NCBI GenBank assembly: GCA_963741955.1
Contig: CAVUKB010000007.1
Coordinates: 576,001-640,000, forward strand
Origin: an uncultured Acidobacteriota bacterium
GTDB lineage: Bacteria > Acidobacteriota > Thermoanaerobaculia > Gp7-AA8
Reading direction: 5' to 3'
DNA length: 64,000 nt
In this document: piece after piece, positions 8,358 to 18,372 of the stretch
Numbering within the stretch: position 1 is the stretch's first letter
Layout: the number at the start of each line of letters is the position of its first letter
Position numbers and translations under genes: made by a program
The notes under the pieces: generated by a model
What the model was told of the DNA's origin: nothing
The model's input: only the letters and a program-made list of their open reading frames with translations
Databases searched by the model: none

Positions 8358-10043
8358 CTACTTCTTCGGAGCGATCATCGGGAGGTCGACTCCCATTGTC
8401 TTCGCGACCTCGATCGCCTTCTCGTACCCCGCGTCCGCGTGCCGCATGACGCCTGTGCCGGGATCGGTGGTCAACACGCGCCGCAGGCGCTCCGCGGCGG
8501 CATCCGTTCCGTCTGCCACCACCACCATCCCCGCATGCAGTGAGTAGCCGATTCCGACACCGCCGCCATGATGGAAAGACACCCACGTCGCTCCCGCCGC
8601 GGTGTTGAGCAGTGCATTGAGAATCGGCCAGTCGGCGATGGCATCCGATCCGTCGCGCATCCCCTCGGTCTCGCGGTTCGGTGACGCCACCGAGCCGGAG
8701 TCGAGGTGATCGCGGCCGATCACGATCGGCGCGGAGACCTTCCCGCTCGCCACGAGATCGTTGAACAGCAGTCCCGCCTTGTCTCTCTCGCCATACCCGA
8801 GCCAGCAGATGCGTGAGGGGAGTCCCTGGAACTCGACGCGCTTCTGGGCCATTCGGATCCAGCGGTGCAGTGCTTCGTCGTGAGGGAAGAGCTCGAGCAG
8901 CGCCTCGTCGGTGGCGTGGATGTCCTTCGGATCGCCCGAGAGCGCCGCCCAGCGGAACGGCCCTTTCCCTTCACAGAAGAGAGGCCGGATGAAGAGAGGG
9001 ACGAAGCCGCCGACTTCGAACGCGTTCTTCACTCCGTTTTTCAAGGCCTGACCCCGAAGATTGTTCCCGTAGTCGAACGTGATCGCTCCGAGACGCTGCA
9101 GCTCCAGCATCGCGTTCATGTGCCTGGCCATCGTCTCGTATGCCCGCCCGATGTACTCTTCCGGATCGTGCGAGCGGAGCTCGAGAGCCTTCTCGTACGG
9201 GATGCCCGCGGGCACATATCCATTCAGTTCGTCGTGCGCCGAGGTCTGATCGGTGAGGACCTCCGGAACAATGCCGCGCTCGATTAGTGTCTCGAGCAGC
9301 TCCACCGCATTCGCCTCGACTGCGATCGAAACGCCTTCGCCCTTTTCCTTCGCTTCCAGCGCGCGCGCGATGCCCGCGTCGAGGGACGGAGCCAGCTCGT
9401 CGAGATACCGCTTCTGCAGACGACGGTCGATCCGGCTTCGGTCCACTTCCGCGACCAGGCACGTTCCTTCGTTCATCGTTGCGGCGAGCGGCTGCGCTCC
9501 ACCCATTCCGCCGAGTCCGGCGGTGACCACCAGCCGTCCCTTCAGGGTGTTGCCGAAATGCTGTTTCGCCACGGCGGCGAAGCACTCGAACGTCCCCTGA
9601 AGGATTCCCTGCGTTCCGATGTAGATCCACGACCCGGCGGTCATCTGTCCATACATGGTCAGGCCGAGTCCTTCCAGCCGGCGGAATTCGTCGGCGGTGG
9701 CCCAGTTCGGAACGAGGTTCGCGTTCGCGATGAGAACCCGCGGAGCGTTCTCGTGGGTCTTGAAGACTCCGACCGGCTTGCCCGACTGCACCAGGAGCGT
9801 CTCGTCGTTCCGGAGCCGCTCGAGCGTGGCGACGATCGCGTCGTAGCACTCCCAGCTCCGCGCGGCCCGCCCCGATCCTCCATAGATGATCAACTGGTCC
9901 GGTTTCTCGGCGACGTCGGGGTCGAGATTGTTCATCAGCATCCGCATTGCCGCTTCCTGCGGCCAGCCGAGGCACCGGAGCTTCGTGCCGTGTGGCGCGC
10001 GGACGGTTCGAGGACCGGAAGTCGTCGGGGTATCGGTAGTCAT
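8358..10043 (-). CDS. hutU: Urocanate hydratase
   Basis: [64 protein letters not shown]. Confidence 0.97.
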   Translation of the reverse strand: MTTDTPTTSGPRTVRAPHGTKLRCLGWPQEAAMRMLMNNLDPDVAEKPDQLIIYGGSGRAARSWECYDAIVATLERLRNDETLLVQSGKPVGVFKTHENAPRVLIANANLVPNWATADEFRRLEGLGLTMYGQMTAGSWIYIGTQGILQGTFECFAAVAKQHFGNTLKGRLVVTAGLGGMGGAQPLAATMNEGTCLVAEVDRSRIDRRLQKRYLDELAPSLDAGIARALEAKEKGEGVSIAVEANAVELLETLIERGIVPEVLTDQTSAHDELNGYVPAGIPYEKALELRSHDPEEYIGRAYETMARHMNAMLELQRLGAITFDYGNNLRGQALKNGVKNAFEVGGFVPLFIRPLFCEGKGPFRWAALSGDPKDIHATDEALLELFPHDEALHRWIRMAQKRVEFQGLPSRICWLGYGERDKAGLLFNDLVASGKVSAPIVIGRDHLDSGSVASPNRETEGMRDGSDAIADWPILNALLNTAAGATWVSFHHGGGVGIGYSLHAGMVVVADGTDAAAERLRRVLTTDPGTGVMRHADAGYEKAIEVAKTMGVDLPMIAPKK

Positions 10044-10169
10044 GGCGGTCGTCTCCTGGGGGAAATGTTATCAGAGAGGGTCCTCGCCAGCTCTTCGTAG
10101 CCGAAGCAGCGCGGCCTCGTATTCAGGCTACTCTGCATCTCCTCGCGACGAGACGCGCGACCCTCGATC

Positions 10170-11312
10170 CTACGCACTCCCTTTCACGATCTCGACGAGC
10201 AGCGCTGCGGCGGATTCGAAATCGCGGCGGTCGAGCCATTCGGAGAGAGTGTGCGGGTCGCGCATCCCGGTGCCGAGGTTGATGCACTCGATGCCGCGGC
10301 GGTTGAAGACGTTGGCGTCGCAGCCGCCCCCCATGGACGCGAGGTAGAGCTTCCGGTCGAGGCGATTGGCGGCGTCTTGCACGAGCGCGATGGTGGTCGC
10401 ATCGGGAGCGACGTCGAGGGACTCGTAGTCGCGCCGGATGGTCTCTTCGAGCGTGGCGCGATGTTTCGTCTCATGAATTTCGACCGTGGGAGCGTTCGCG
10501 ACCGCATCGTGAAAGCACTTCGACATGGTGGCGGAGAGCCGGGCGAGCTTCTCGGGATCTCGCGAGCGGGCTTCTCCCAGGACGCGGACACGTGGAGGGA
10601 CGATGTTCGTCGCGCCGGCGGCTTCGACCACTCCGATGTTGCAGGTGGTCTCGGCGTCGATCCTGCCGTGCGGCATCGACGTGATTGCGGCGGCGGCGAT
10701 GCGGACCGCGGAGATCCCGTTCTCGGGGTGGACTCCGCCGTGTGCGGCGAGGCCGTGGACGATCCATTCCATCCGGTCGGCTGCGGGGCCGGTGTTGAAG
10801 ATGCAGCGCGCGTCGCCGGAATCGAACACCACGCCGCGCTTCGACTGGAGCCGCCCGGTGTCGAGCTCTTTCACTCCGCGGAGCCCCTGCTCTTCGGCGA
10901 CGGAGAAGCAGACTTCGATCACGCCGTGCGGGATCCGGTTCTCGAGCACGACCCGGAGCGCCTCCAGAATGATCGCGCATCCGGACTTGTCGTCCGCGCC
11001 GAGAATCGTCGTGCCGTCGCTGGTGATGCGATCCGGATGGATCTGCGGGCGGATACCGCGTCCCGGTGTGACCGTATCCATGTGTGCGGAGAGAAGGATC
11101 GGCGGGAGAGCTTCCGACGTCGGAGCGAACCGCGCGAAGAGATTGCCGCAGTCGCCGCCGATCGCGGCACCAGCATCGTCGAACGAAACCTCCGCTCCCA
11201 TTTCGCGAACCTTCGCGGCGATCCATTCCGCTACCTGGCGCTCGTGAAACGACTCGGAATCGATCCGGACCAGATCGAGAAAAGTGTCAGTGAGACGGTC
11301 GGGGCGAATCAT
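10170..11312 (-). CDS. M20 family metallopeptidase (peptidase T-like)
   Basis: SAHMDTV, GADDKSG, EEQG, GGGCDAN, C-terminal His. Confidence 0.9.
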   Translation of the reverse strand: MIRPDRLTDTFLDLVRIDSESFHERQVAEWIAAKVREMGAEVSFDDAGAAIGGDCGNLFARFAPTSEALPPILLSAHMDTVTPGRGIRPQIHPDRITSDGTTILGADDKSGCAIILEALRVVLENRIPHGVIEVCFSVAEEQGLRGVKELDTGRLQSKRGVVFDSGDARCIFNTGPAADRMEWIVHGLAAHGGVHPENGISAVRIAAAAITSMPHGRIDAETTCNIGVVEAAGATNIVPPRVRVLGEARSRDPEKLARLSATMSKCFHDAVANAPTVEIHETKHRATLEETIRRDYESLDVAPDATTIALVQDAANRLDRKLYLASMGGGCDANVFNRRGIECINLGTGMRDPHTLSEWLDRRDFESAAALLVEIVKGSA

Positions 11313-11392
11313 GGGGGAATTGTAAGCGTTCGCGGTCGCGGAGTCGGGGTTTTGGCATCAATCGATGGCGCAGAGACGCGCGAGCCGCCCGC

Positions 11393-12031
11393 TCACTCCC
11401 GTACCGCCTGCGCGCTGGGACAGACGTCGTTCAGCACGCACTCGGCGCATTTCGGTTTGCGCGCGACGCAGATCTCGCGCCCGTGAAGAATCATCCGCAG
11501 AGCGAATTTCGTCCATTCCTTCTTCGGGATGAGCTTCATCAGATCCTGCTCGATCTTCACCGGATCGGAGTGCGAGGTCAGCGCGAGGCGGTTCGAGACC
11601 CGTCCCACATGGGTGTCGACGACGATTCCTTCGCTCTTCCCCATTGCATTGCCGAGGATCACGTTGGCGGTCTTGCGGCCGACGCCGGGAAGCTCGACCA
11701 GTTCGACCATCGTCGATGGCATTTCACCGCCGTGGCGCTCGACGAGCGCCTCTGATGCGCCGATGAGGGACCGGGTCTTGCTGCGGAAGTAGCCCGTCGA
11801 GCGGATGTCGTTCTCGAGCTCGGCCGGGTCGGCCTTCGCGTAGGCTTCGGGAGAGGGGTACTTCCGGAAAAGATCTTTCGTGACGAGGTTGACCCGCGCG
11901 TCGGTGCTCTGCGCGGCGAGGATCGTCGCGATCAGGAGCTGGAACGGAGTTTCGAAGTCGAGAGCGATCTTCGGTCTCGGGTAGGCTCGCTGGAGCCGAT
12001 GGACGATCTCGAGGGCGCGCTCTTTCCTCAT
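11393..12031 (-). CDS. nth: Endonuclease III
   Basis: HhH LPGVGRKTAN, VDTHV, 4Fe-4S motif C-x6-C-x2-C-x5-C. Confidence 0.96.
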   Translation of the reverse strand: MRKERALEIVHRLQRAYPRPKIALDFETPFQLLIATILAAQSTDARVNLVTKDLFRKYPSPEAYAKADPAELENDIRSTGYFRSKTRSLIGASEALVERHGGEMPSTMVELVELPGVGRKTANVILGNAMGKSEGIVVDTHVGRVSNRLALTSHSDPVKIEQDLMKLIPKKEWTKFALRMILHGREICVARKPKCAECVLNDVCPSAQAVRE

Positions 12032-12044
12032 GGTGGCGATTGTA

Positions 12045-12150
12045 TGAGAGGCGAGGGCGGTGAGGCGAGAGGCGAAGCGAGGCTCGAGGCGCGAGAGGAG
12101 AGAAGACCGGGGAGGTCGGACCGGGGAGGTCGGACCGGGCAGGTCGGACG
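12045..12150. repeat. Purine-rich heptamer repeats plus 3x 14-bp GACCGGG(G/C)AGGTCG
   Basis: Direct reading of the nth-yidD intergenic region. Confidence 0.75.
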
Positions 12151-12163
12151 ACCGTTCACTCCG

Positions 12164-12484
12164 TCACGGCGGATCCACGGTACCTGCGGGCGTCCACGGT
12201 CCGCAGCGGAGAACGCGCCAGGCCGCGCGGGCGCCGCCGCGGAGCGCGCCGTACTTCTTCACCGACACGAGTCCGTATTCGGAGCAGGTGGGCTGGAAGC
12301 GGCAGAAGACTCTGCCTTTGAGATGCGGCGAGACGTGGGCGCGGTACTGCTCGATCGCCGCGACGAGCGTTCGCGTCGAGAACTGCCGCGGAATCGGGAC
12401 AATCGCGTCGTGCACGATCACCCCGGCGAACGCGAGCACGATCACGAGAAAAACAATTCTGAGTCTCTTCGCGTTCATCGACAT
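12164..12484 (-). CDS. yidD: Membrane protein insertion efficiency factor
   Basis: CRFQPTCSEY, KYGALRG, RVLRCGPW, DPP. Confidence 0.9.
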   Translation of the reverse strand: MSMNAKRLRIVFLVIVLAFAGVIVHDAIVPIPRQFSTRTLVAAIEQYRAHVSPHLKGRVFCRFQPTCSEYGLVSVKKYGALRGGARAAWRVLRCGPWTPAGTVDPP

Positions 12485-12520
12485 CCCGGCCGGCGCGCCT
12501 TCAGATCCACGGTTGCCGCA

Positions 12521-13294
12521 CTACTCTCCTCTCTTGGCTTCGTTCCAGAGCGCGTCGAGCTCTTCGAGTGTGACGTCGTCGAAGCTTCGACCGGCGTCGT
12601 GCATTGCCGATTCGATCGACTCGAAGCGTCGCTTGAACTTCGCGTTCGCCCGCTGGAGCGCGGCTTCGGGATCGATCTTCATTCTGCGCGCGACGTTCGC
12701 GATGGTGAAGAGGAGATCTCCGAGCTCGTCCTCGATCCTCGCGCGCGCCCCCCCGTCCACCGCCTCTTTCAGTTCGGCGGTCTCTTCCGCGATCTTGTCG
12801 AAGACGTCGCCGGTCTCCTTCCAGTCGAATCCGACGCGCGCCGCCTTCTCGGCGAGGCGGCTCGCCTTCAGGAGCGCGGGGAGCGCTCCCGGTACGCCGG
12901 AGAGGATCCCCTTGTTCTCTTCGCGCCGCTCGGCGCTTTTGAGCTTCTCCCAGTTGTTCAGGACCGCATCGGCATCCTTCGCTTCCGCTTCGCCGAAGAC
13001 GTGCGGATGTCTGCGGACGAGTTTGTCGTGGATCGCGGTCACTGAATCGTAGATGTCGAAGCTTCCTTCCTCGCGCGCGATCTCCGCGAGGAAGACCGAC
13101 TCCAGGAGAAGATCCCCGATCTCTTCCCGGAGCGACCCGCGGTCATCGCGATCGATCGCATCGACGACCTCGTACGCCTCTTCGATGACGAAGGGGCGGA
13201 GATCGGCGTAGGTCTGCTCGCGATCCCAGGGGCATCCGCCGGGAGCGCGAAGACGGGTCATCAGTTGAACGAGCTCGTCGAAGGAACGTTTCAT
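12521..13294 (-). CDS. mazG: Nucleoside triphosphate pyrophosphohydrolase MazG
   Basis: GCPWDREQT, EEAYEVVDAI, EEIGDLL, RRHPHVF, GFDW, ELGDLLF. Confidence 0.95.
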   Translation of the reverse strand: MKRSFDELVQLMTRLRAPGGCPWDREQTYADLRPFVIEEAYEVVDAIDRDDRGSLREEIGDLLLESVFLAEIAREEGSFDIYDSVTAIHDKLVRRHPHVFGEAEAKDADAVLNNWEKLKSAERREENKGILSGVPGALPALLKASRLAEKAARVGFDWKETGDVFDKIAEETAELKEAVDGGARARIEDELGDLLFTIANVARRMKIDPEAALQRANAKFKRRFESIESAMHDAGRSFDDVTLEELDALWNEAKRGE

Positions 13295-13307
13295 GGAGCG
13301 ATTGTAC

Positions 13308-13380
13308 GGGAGAGCGGCGAGCGGAGAGCGGCGAGCGGCGAGAAAGGAGAGAGGAGACGCGAGACGAGAGAGACACGAGC
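13308..13380. repeat. Degenerate heptamer tandem repeat (G(A/C)GAGCG / GAGA(G/C)xx)
   Basis: GAGAGCG GCGAGCG GAGAGCG GCGAGCG ... upstream of mazG. Confidence 0.65.
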
Positions 13381-13433
13381 GGTACGCCGTCCGGCCGAAC
13401 TTTGCGGGTGCGGCCGGACGGGAAACAAACGGT

Positions 13434-13670
13434 TCAGCAGGCCGCGAAGCGGTAGATCTCGGAGCCGGGAGGAAGGAGTACTTCCGAATCCGCGAAGCGG
13501 AACGCATAGATCGAGTCGGACCGGATCTGGTCGATACGATCGTCGCCGATCAATGAGAGCATCCGATCCGGATTCTTCATCGCCGATCGAAGATCGCGAG
13601 CCATCGCGTCGTCAACACCGGCGATGACCCACCTGCCGTCATTCAGTGCAAGGCAAACAAGTCGCGCCAT
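13434..13670 (-). CDS. Small hypothetical protein
   Basis: ORF MARLVCLALNDGRW... with AGGA SD upstream. Confidence 0.5.
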   Translation of the reverse strand: MARLVCLALNDGRWVIAGVDDAMARDLRSAMKNPDRMLSLIGDDRIDQIRSDSIYAFRFADSEVLLPPGSEIYRFAAC

Positions 13671-13799
13671 CTTTCGTCCTCCGTTCATGGAACCAAAGAT
13701 AGGACACGCTCCCATCGAAGGACGTGAGACAACTCACGCGCATCCGCCGAATTTTCGTGCGTTTCGTCACATCGCGTGACAGGCATCACGAAAAGAGTG

Positions 13800-13940
13800 G
13801 GGCTCGAGACTCGAGACTCGAGGCTCGGGACTCAGAATCACCTCGTCTCTCGCTCCCGGCTCTCTCTCTCTCGTCTCCCGTCGTTCGCTCTCGCCTCGCT
13901 CCTCGAGCTCCCGCCTCGCTCCTCTCGCCTCGCTCCTCCC
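13800..13940. repeat. Degenerate heptamer tandem repeats (CTCGAGA / CTCGCCT)
   Basis: GGCTCGA GACTCGA GACTCGA GGCTCGG ... then pyrimidine-rich CTCGC(C/T)(C/T) runs. Confidence 0.65.
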
Positions 13941-13971
13941 CCGGTATGGCTTCTGCTAGGATCAGTCTCAG

Positions 13972-16900
13972 TTGCCGGGGCGGTACTCTCCGAGCCGACA
14001 GGAACGGACGGAAGCGCTCGGTATCTCCGATCGGAGTCAATTCTTGGAATCGAATCCATTCGACACATCGGGTGCGACGCCCGAGGGTCTCGAACAGCTG
14101 AGTGCAGGACGTCTTCGGGTGCTCGCCCGTATTTTCGAGTCTTTTGCGGCGACTCTCGATCTCGAAGAGCTCGTGCGGCGGGTGGTGACGATCGCGCTCG
14201 AGGAATTCGAGGCGGACCGCGCCTGGCTGCTGGGACCCGCGAACTCCGAATCCGAATCCGCCAACGTCACGTACGAGGCGACGAGGGCGGGCTGTGAAGG
14301 AGCATTCTCCCGAGGTGAGCCGGTCCCGCTCGAAGGGTCCCGCGGACTTCTCCGCCGCGTTCTCGACTCTCGGCGTCCGGTCGCGGTGAAGAGAAGCGAT
14401 CCCGATTTCGACCGGGAGCTCGCCGAGCGATGGTCGATCCGCTCGCAGCTGATTCAGACCTTGCGCCCGGTGAACAGCGATTCGATCATCTTCGGACTGC
14501 ACGATTGCACCGCCGAGCGTGACTGGTCGGAGGAGGAGGTCGAGCTTTTCGCCGAGATCGGCCGGTACGCGACGATCGCGATCCAGAATGCGCTGCTTCA
14601 TCGCCGCGCGCTGGTGGAAGCGGCGAAGCTCGAGGCGATCCTCGATCAGATTCCGGAGGCTGCCGCACTCTACGATACGAGCGGGCGGCTCGAGCGAATC
14701 AACGCGGCGGGCCGCGCGGCGCGGTATCTTTCCGCCCCGACGGCCGAAGAACGGCTGAGCGCGTTTGGATATCGGGATGCGAAAGGGCGTCCCCTCACGG
14801 TCGGTGAGCTCCCGTCGATGCGAGCACTCCACGGTGAGTCGACGAGCATGGATCTTCTTGTCCGCGGGCCGGAGGACAGCGACATCGTCGTCGAACTGCA
14901 GGCGGCTCCGGTGATCGACGGATCCGGTCGGGTGGTAGGAGCGATCGTCCTCTCCCGCGACGTCACTGTCGAGCGCAGCCATGCGCGGCGCGAGCGACAG
15001 CGCCGGCGCCGCGCGGAAGTCCTGGCGAACCTCGGCTTCGATCTCTACGCGGAAGGATCCGAATCGAGTCTCGACGATGCCGCCGCGCGGATCGGCTCGG
15101 CGCTCGACCTGCGCGTCCAGATCTGGGAGTACCGGCCGAGCGACGACACGGTGGTGCTGAAGGGGTCGTACCTCGGCGACGCCAGCGGGGCGACGCAGCA
15201 GCTCCGCGCAGATCTCGCGAATCTGATCCTTCACCGCGGTGAAGGGCTCGCAGGGAAAGTGCTCGATTCACCGAAGCCGATCGCGTTCGACCTCGAAACG
15301 ATGCTCGGCTCGGCCGCCGGCCCGGAGCGGGAGGTCGTGAACCGGATAGGCGAGACGCGGCGAATCGCAACCACCATCCGCGTATCCGGTCAGGTCGAGG
15401 GAGTGCTGACGTTCTCGCGTACCGGAGAGGATCTCCCGTTCGACGCGGACGATCTCGAGTTTCTGGAGACGGTGGCCGGACGGATCGGAGTCGCGAACCA
15501 CGTACACCGGCTCAATCGGACGCTGGAGGAAGGACAACGTGCGGCCGAAGAGCTCGCGAGACGAGAGATGGAAGCGCGCGGACGGCTGGAGGCGGTACTG
15601 CAGTCTGCGCCGATCGGGATCGCGGTCGTTTCCGCGGAAGGGCTGCTGTTCGAGTCGGTCAATCCGCTCTTCATCGAATTCGTGGAGCGACTCGGAAGGA
15701 CTCCTCACGGTCGCTGGCTGGAAGGAATGCCGATCACGGATCTGGTTCCCGGAATGGAGACGCCGCTTCGCCAGTCGATCGCGTCGGGAGAGGTCGACGT
15801 CCGGATCGCCGCGCGCATCGAGCACGAGGGACGTCCCTGGTATTTCAACCGCATCATCGCGCCGGTACGCGATCCCGCGGGTGGTCCGCCGCAGAGCGTG
15901 ATGGTCCTTCTGCAGAATGTGACCGAGCAGGTGGTCGCGCGCGAGGAGGTAGAGGGACTGGCGCGGCAGATGGCGGAGCGCTCTGCGCAGCTCGACTCGA
16001 TTCTCGGATCGATGACCGACGCCCTCTGGGTTCTCGATGCGCGCGGTGGAATCGTCGAGGTCAATCCCGCTGCGCTCACCATGTTCGGCATCGGTTCGCG
16101 GGAAGAGGCGATCGGGCTCGGCGCGTTCGGGCGCTTCCACTTCCGGTTCCCGGACGGCCGTGCGATCCCGCACGACGAGCTACCGTTCGTCCGCGCGCTG
16201 CGGGGCGAAGTCCTCCCGGACTTCATCGCAGTGGCCCGGCATCTGATCACCGGAAAAGACATCGACGTTTCGATGGCCGCTGCGCCGATCGAGAGCGAAG
16301 GCGTGGTGGGGGCGGTGCTCGTGGTCCGCGACATCACCGCGCTCCTCGAGCTCGACCGGAGGAAGGACGAGTTCCTCTCCGTCGCATCCCACGAACTGCG
16401 CACGCCGCTCACCACCATCAAGGGATACGCGCAGCTCCTCTCGGAGATCGAGAGCCAACTCTCCGCGGAGGAGCGGAAGAACTATTTCGACGCGATGCTG
16501 GGGGAGATTCAGCGGATGGTCGGACTTCTCACCGATCTGCTGGACGTCTCGCGGATCGGCACGAATCGATTCGATCTCCACCGGCAGCGCGTCGAGTGGG
16601 TCGCGTTCGTCGAGTCGCAGGCACGCACGGCACGGATGCGCAATCCGGACCGGAGCATCGTCGTGGGGCGGGAAGTGAAAGAGGTCTCGCTCGAAGTCGA
16701 TACCGACCGGATGCGACAGGTGCTCGACAACTTCATCTCCAACGCGATCAAGTACTCCGCGGACGGCACGCCGATCGAGATCGTGATCCGGCAGTCCGAC
16801 GGGCATCTCGCGACCGAGATCATCGACCATGGAATCGGTATCCCGAAGGACGAGCTTCCCCACCTCTTCGAGCGGTTCCATCGTGCCAGGAACGTCTCCA

Positions 16901-17037
16901 GCCGCTATTACGGCGGGTTGGGGCTCGGCCTCTACATCTCCCGGATCATCGTGGAAGCACACGGCGGAACGATCGGCGTGGAAAGCGTCGAGGGAGAAGG
17001 GTCGACGTTCATCATCGAGCTGCCGCTCGCGCCGTGA
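13972..17037 (+). CDS. Cytoplasmic GAF/PAS multi-sensor histidine kinase
   Basis: GAF-PAS-GAF-PAS-PAS-like N-terminus; H-box SHELRTPLT, N-box NAIKYS, DHGIGI, GLGLGL; start uncertain. Confidence 0.9.
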   Translation: MPGRYSPSRQERTEALGISDRSQFLESNPFDTSGATPEGLEQLSAGRLRVLARIFESFAATLDLEELVRRVVTIALEEFEADRAWLLGPANSESESANVTYEATRAGCEGAFSRGEPVPLEGSRGLLRRVLDSRRPVAVKRSDPDFDRELAERWSIRSQLIQTLRPVNSDSIIFGLHDCTAERDWSEEEVELFAEIGRYATIAIQNALLHRRALVEAAKLEAILDQIPEAAALYDTSGRLERINAAGRAARYLSAPTAEERLSAFGYRDAKGRPLTVGELPSMRALHGESTSMDLLVRGPEDSDIVVELQAAPVIDGSGRVVGAIVLSRDVTVERSHARRERQRRRRAEVLANLGFDLYAEGSESSLDDAAARIGSALDLRVQIWEYRPSDDTVVLKGSYLGDASGATQQLRADLANLILHRGEGLAGKVLDSPKPIAFDLETMLGSAAGPEREVVNRIGETRRIATTIRVSGQVEGVLTFSRTGEDLPFDADDLEFLETVAGRIGVANHVHRLNRTLEEGQRAAEELARREMEARGRLEAVLQSAPIGIAVVSAEGLLFESVNPLFIEFVERLGRTPHGRWLEGMPITDLVPGMETPLRQSIASGEVDVRIAARIEHEGRPWYFNRIIAPVRDPAGGPPQSVMVLLQNVTEQVVAREEVEGLARQMAERSAQLDSILGSMTDALWVLDARGGIVEVNPAALTMFGIGSREEAIGLGAFGRFHFRFPDGRAIPHDELPFVRALRGEVLPDFIAVARHLITGKDIDVSMAAAPIESEGVVGAVLVVRDITALLELDRRKDEFLSVASHELRTPLTTIKGYAQLLSEIESQLSAEERKNYFDAMLGEIQRMVGLLTDLLDVSRIGTNRFDLHRQRVEWVAFVESQARTARMRNPDRSIVVGREVKEVSLEVDTDRMRQVLDNFISNAIKYSADGTPIEIVIRQSDGHLATEIIDHGIGIPKDELPHLFERFHRARNVSSRYYGGLGLGLYISRIIVEAHGGTIGVESVEGEGSTFIIELPLAP

Positions 17038-17186
17038 CATCAGGTGCGAGGGTTTCCGGCGATCCTGCGCCGGGTGGTTCTGCCGGCCAGGCTCACGCAC
17101 CGGGTGCCCGGACGTCGCGCAATCCTCAGCCGCTCCGCGTGTGAAGCCCGCGTAAGGGAAGCGTCGGGGCCCTCTCTCCGGGCGAC

Positions 17187-17225
17187 TTGACACCGAATTT
17201 ACATCGGTGCACGGCCGACTCCACA
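17187..17225 (+). promoter_or_regulatory. Putative Pho box / promoter of the pst operon
   Basis: TTGACA(17187), TTTACA(17198), TCCACA(17220) on an 11-bp register; resembles the PhoP-type TTHACA repeats. Confidence 0.5.
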
Positions 17226-17270
17226 CCTCGAACCTAAGCTTCGCTTCGAGAAAACGGAGGAGTTCTAAGA

Positions 17271-18359
17271 ATGAATCGACGCATCTCTCGCCTGCGCATC
17301 GGAACCCTGACCCTCGCCGCGGCGCTCTTCGGCACCGGTCTGGCCACTGCCCAGACCCCTCCCGCGAAAGCGGCGGACGACACACCGGAGATCAAGATCG
17401 GAAGCACGATCTTCGCGGATTACACGTATCAGTCTAAGCCGGAGGCGGTCGACGCCGACGGCAATACCTACAAGCCGAGCTCGTTCAACGTCACCCGGAC
17501 CTACATCAACTTCAACGGCAAGCTCTCCCACCGCTTCGCGTTCCGGATCACGCCCGACATCACCCGCGACAACGGCAACGACTCCATCAACGGAAGCTAC
17601 GTGTTCCGGCTCAAGTACGGCTTCGGCCAGTTCAACCTCGACGACTGGACGACGAAAGGCTCGTGGATCCGTTTCGGACAGACCCAGACTCCGTACATCG
17701 ATTACATCGAGAGCGCATACGCCTATCGGTTTCAGGGTCCGGTGTTCGTCGATCGCGAAGGCTTCCTGACCTCCTCGGATCTCGGCGTTTCGGGACGCTG
17801 GGTGTTTCCGGGGAATTACGGTGACGTGATGGGTGGCATCTACAACGGAGAAGGGTACGGCCACACCGAGAAGAACAACCAGAAATCGCTGCAGGCGAGA
17901 GTCAGCTATCGGCCGCTCCCGCAGAGCGCGGCACTCAAGGGCCTCCGGTTCGCCGCGTTCTACGACGCCGACAACTACCTGGAGAACGCGAAGAAGGACC
18001 GATTCGTCGTGAACGCGACGTACGTGAGCTCCTGGGGACATGCGGGACTCGAGTATCTGACCGCAAAGGACCAGGCCTCCTCGCTCCTTCCGACCGTCGA
18101 TTCACGCGGATGGTCCGCCTGGATCACTCCCCGGTTCACCCCCACCTGGGGTGCGCTTCTCCGGCACGATCAGGTGAAGCCCGACACCGACACGGACGCG
18201 AAGAAGAGCCGGAACATCGCAGGCATCGCGTACTGGATTCCGCTGGAGAAAGTCACGTCGGCAATCATGGCCGACTACGAAACCGTGAGCTACGACAACT
18301 ACACGGCATCGAAGCCGGACGAAACGCGCTTCGGCATCCACATGCTGATCAACTTCTGA
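17271..18359 (+). CDS. Outer-membrane beta-barrel porin (likely phosphate-selective)
   Basis: Signal peptide, alternating beta-strands, C-terminal Phe; first gene of the pst operon. Confidence 0.75.
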   Translation: MNRRISRLRIGTLTLAAALFGTGLATAQTPPAKAADDTPEIKIGSTIFADYTYQSKPEAVDADGNTYKPSSFNVTRTYINFNGKLSHRFAFRITPDITRDNGNDSINGSYVFRLKYGFGQFNLDDWTTKGSWIRFGQTQTPYIDYIESAYAYRFQGPVFVDREGFLTSSDLGVSGRWVFPGNYGDVMGGIYNGEGYGHTEKNNQKSLQARVSYRPLPQSAALKGLRFAAFYDADNYLENAKKDRFVVNATYVSSWGHAGLEYLTAKDQASSLLPTVDSRGWSAWITPRFTPTWGALLRHDQVKPDTDTDAKKSRNIAGIAYWIPLEKVTSAIMADYETVSYDNYTASKPDETRFGIHMLINF

Positions 18360-18372
18360 GGACGGCAGGAAA

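Noticed and set aside
8358-10043. hutU without hutH/hutI/hutG
   Set aside because: Dispersed hut genes are common; cannot be judged from one window
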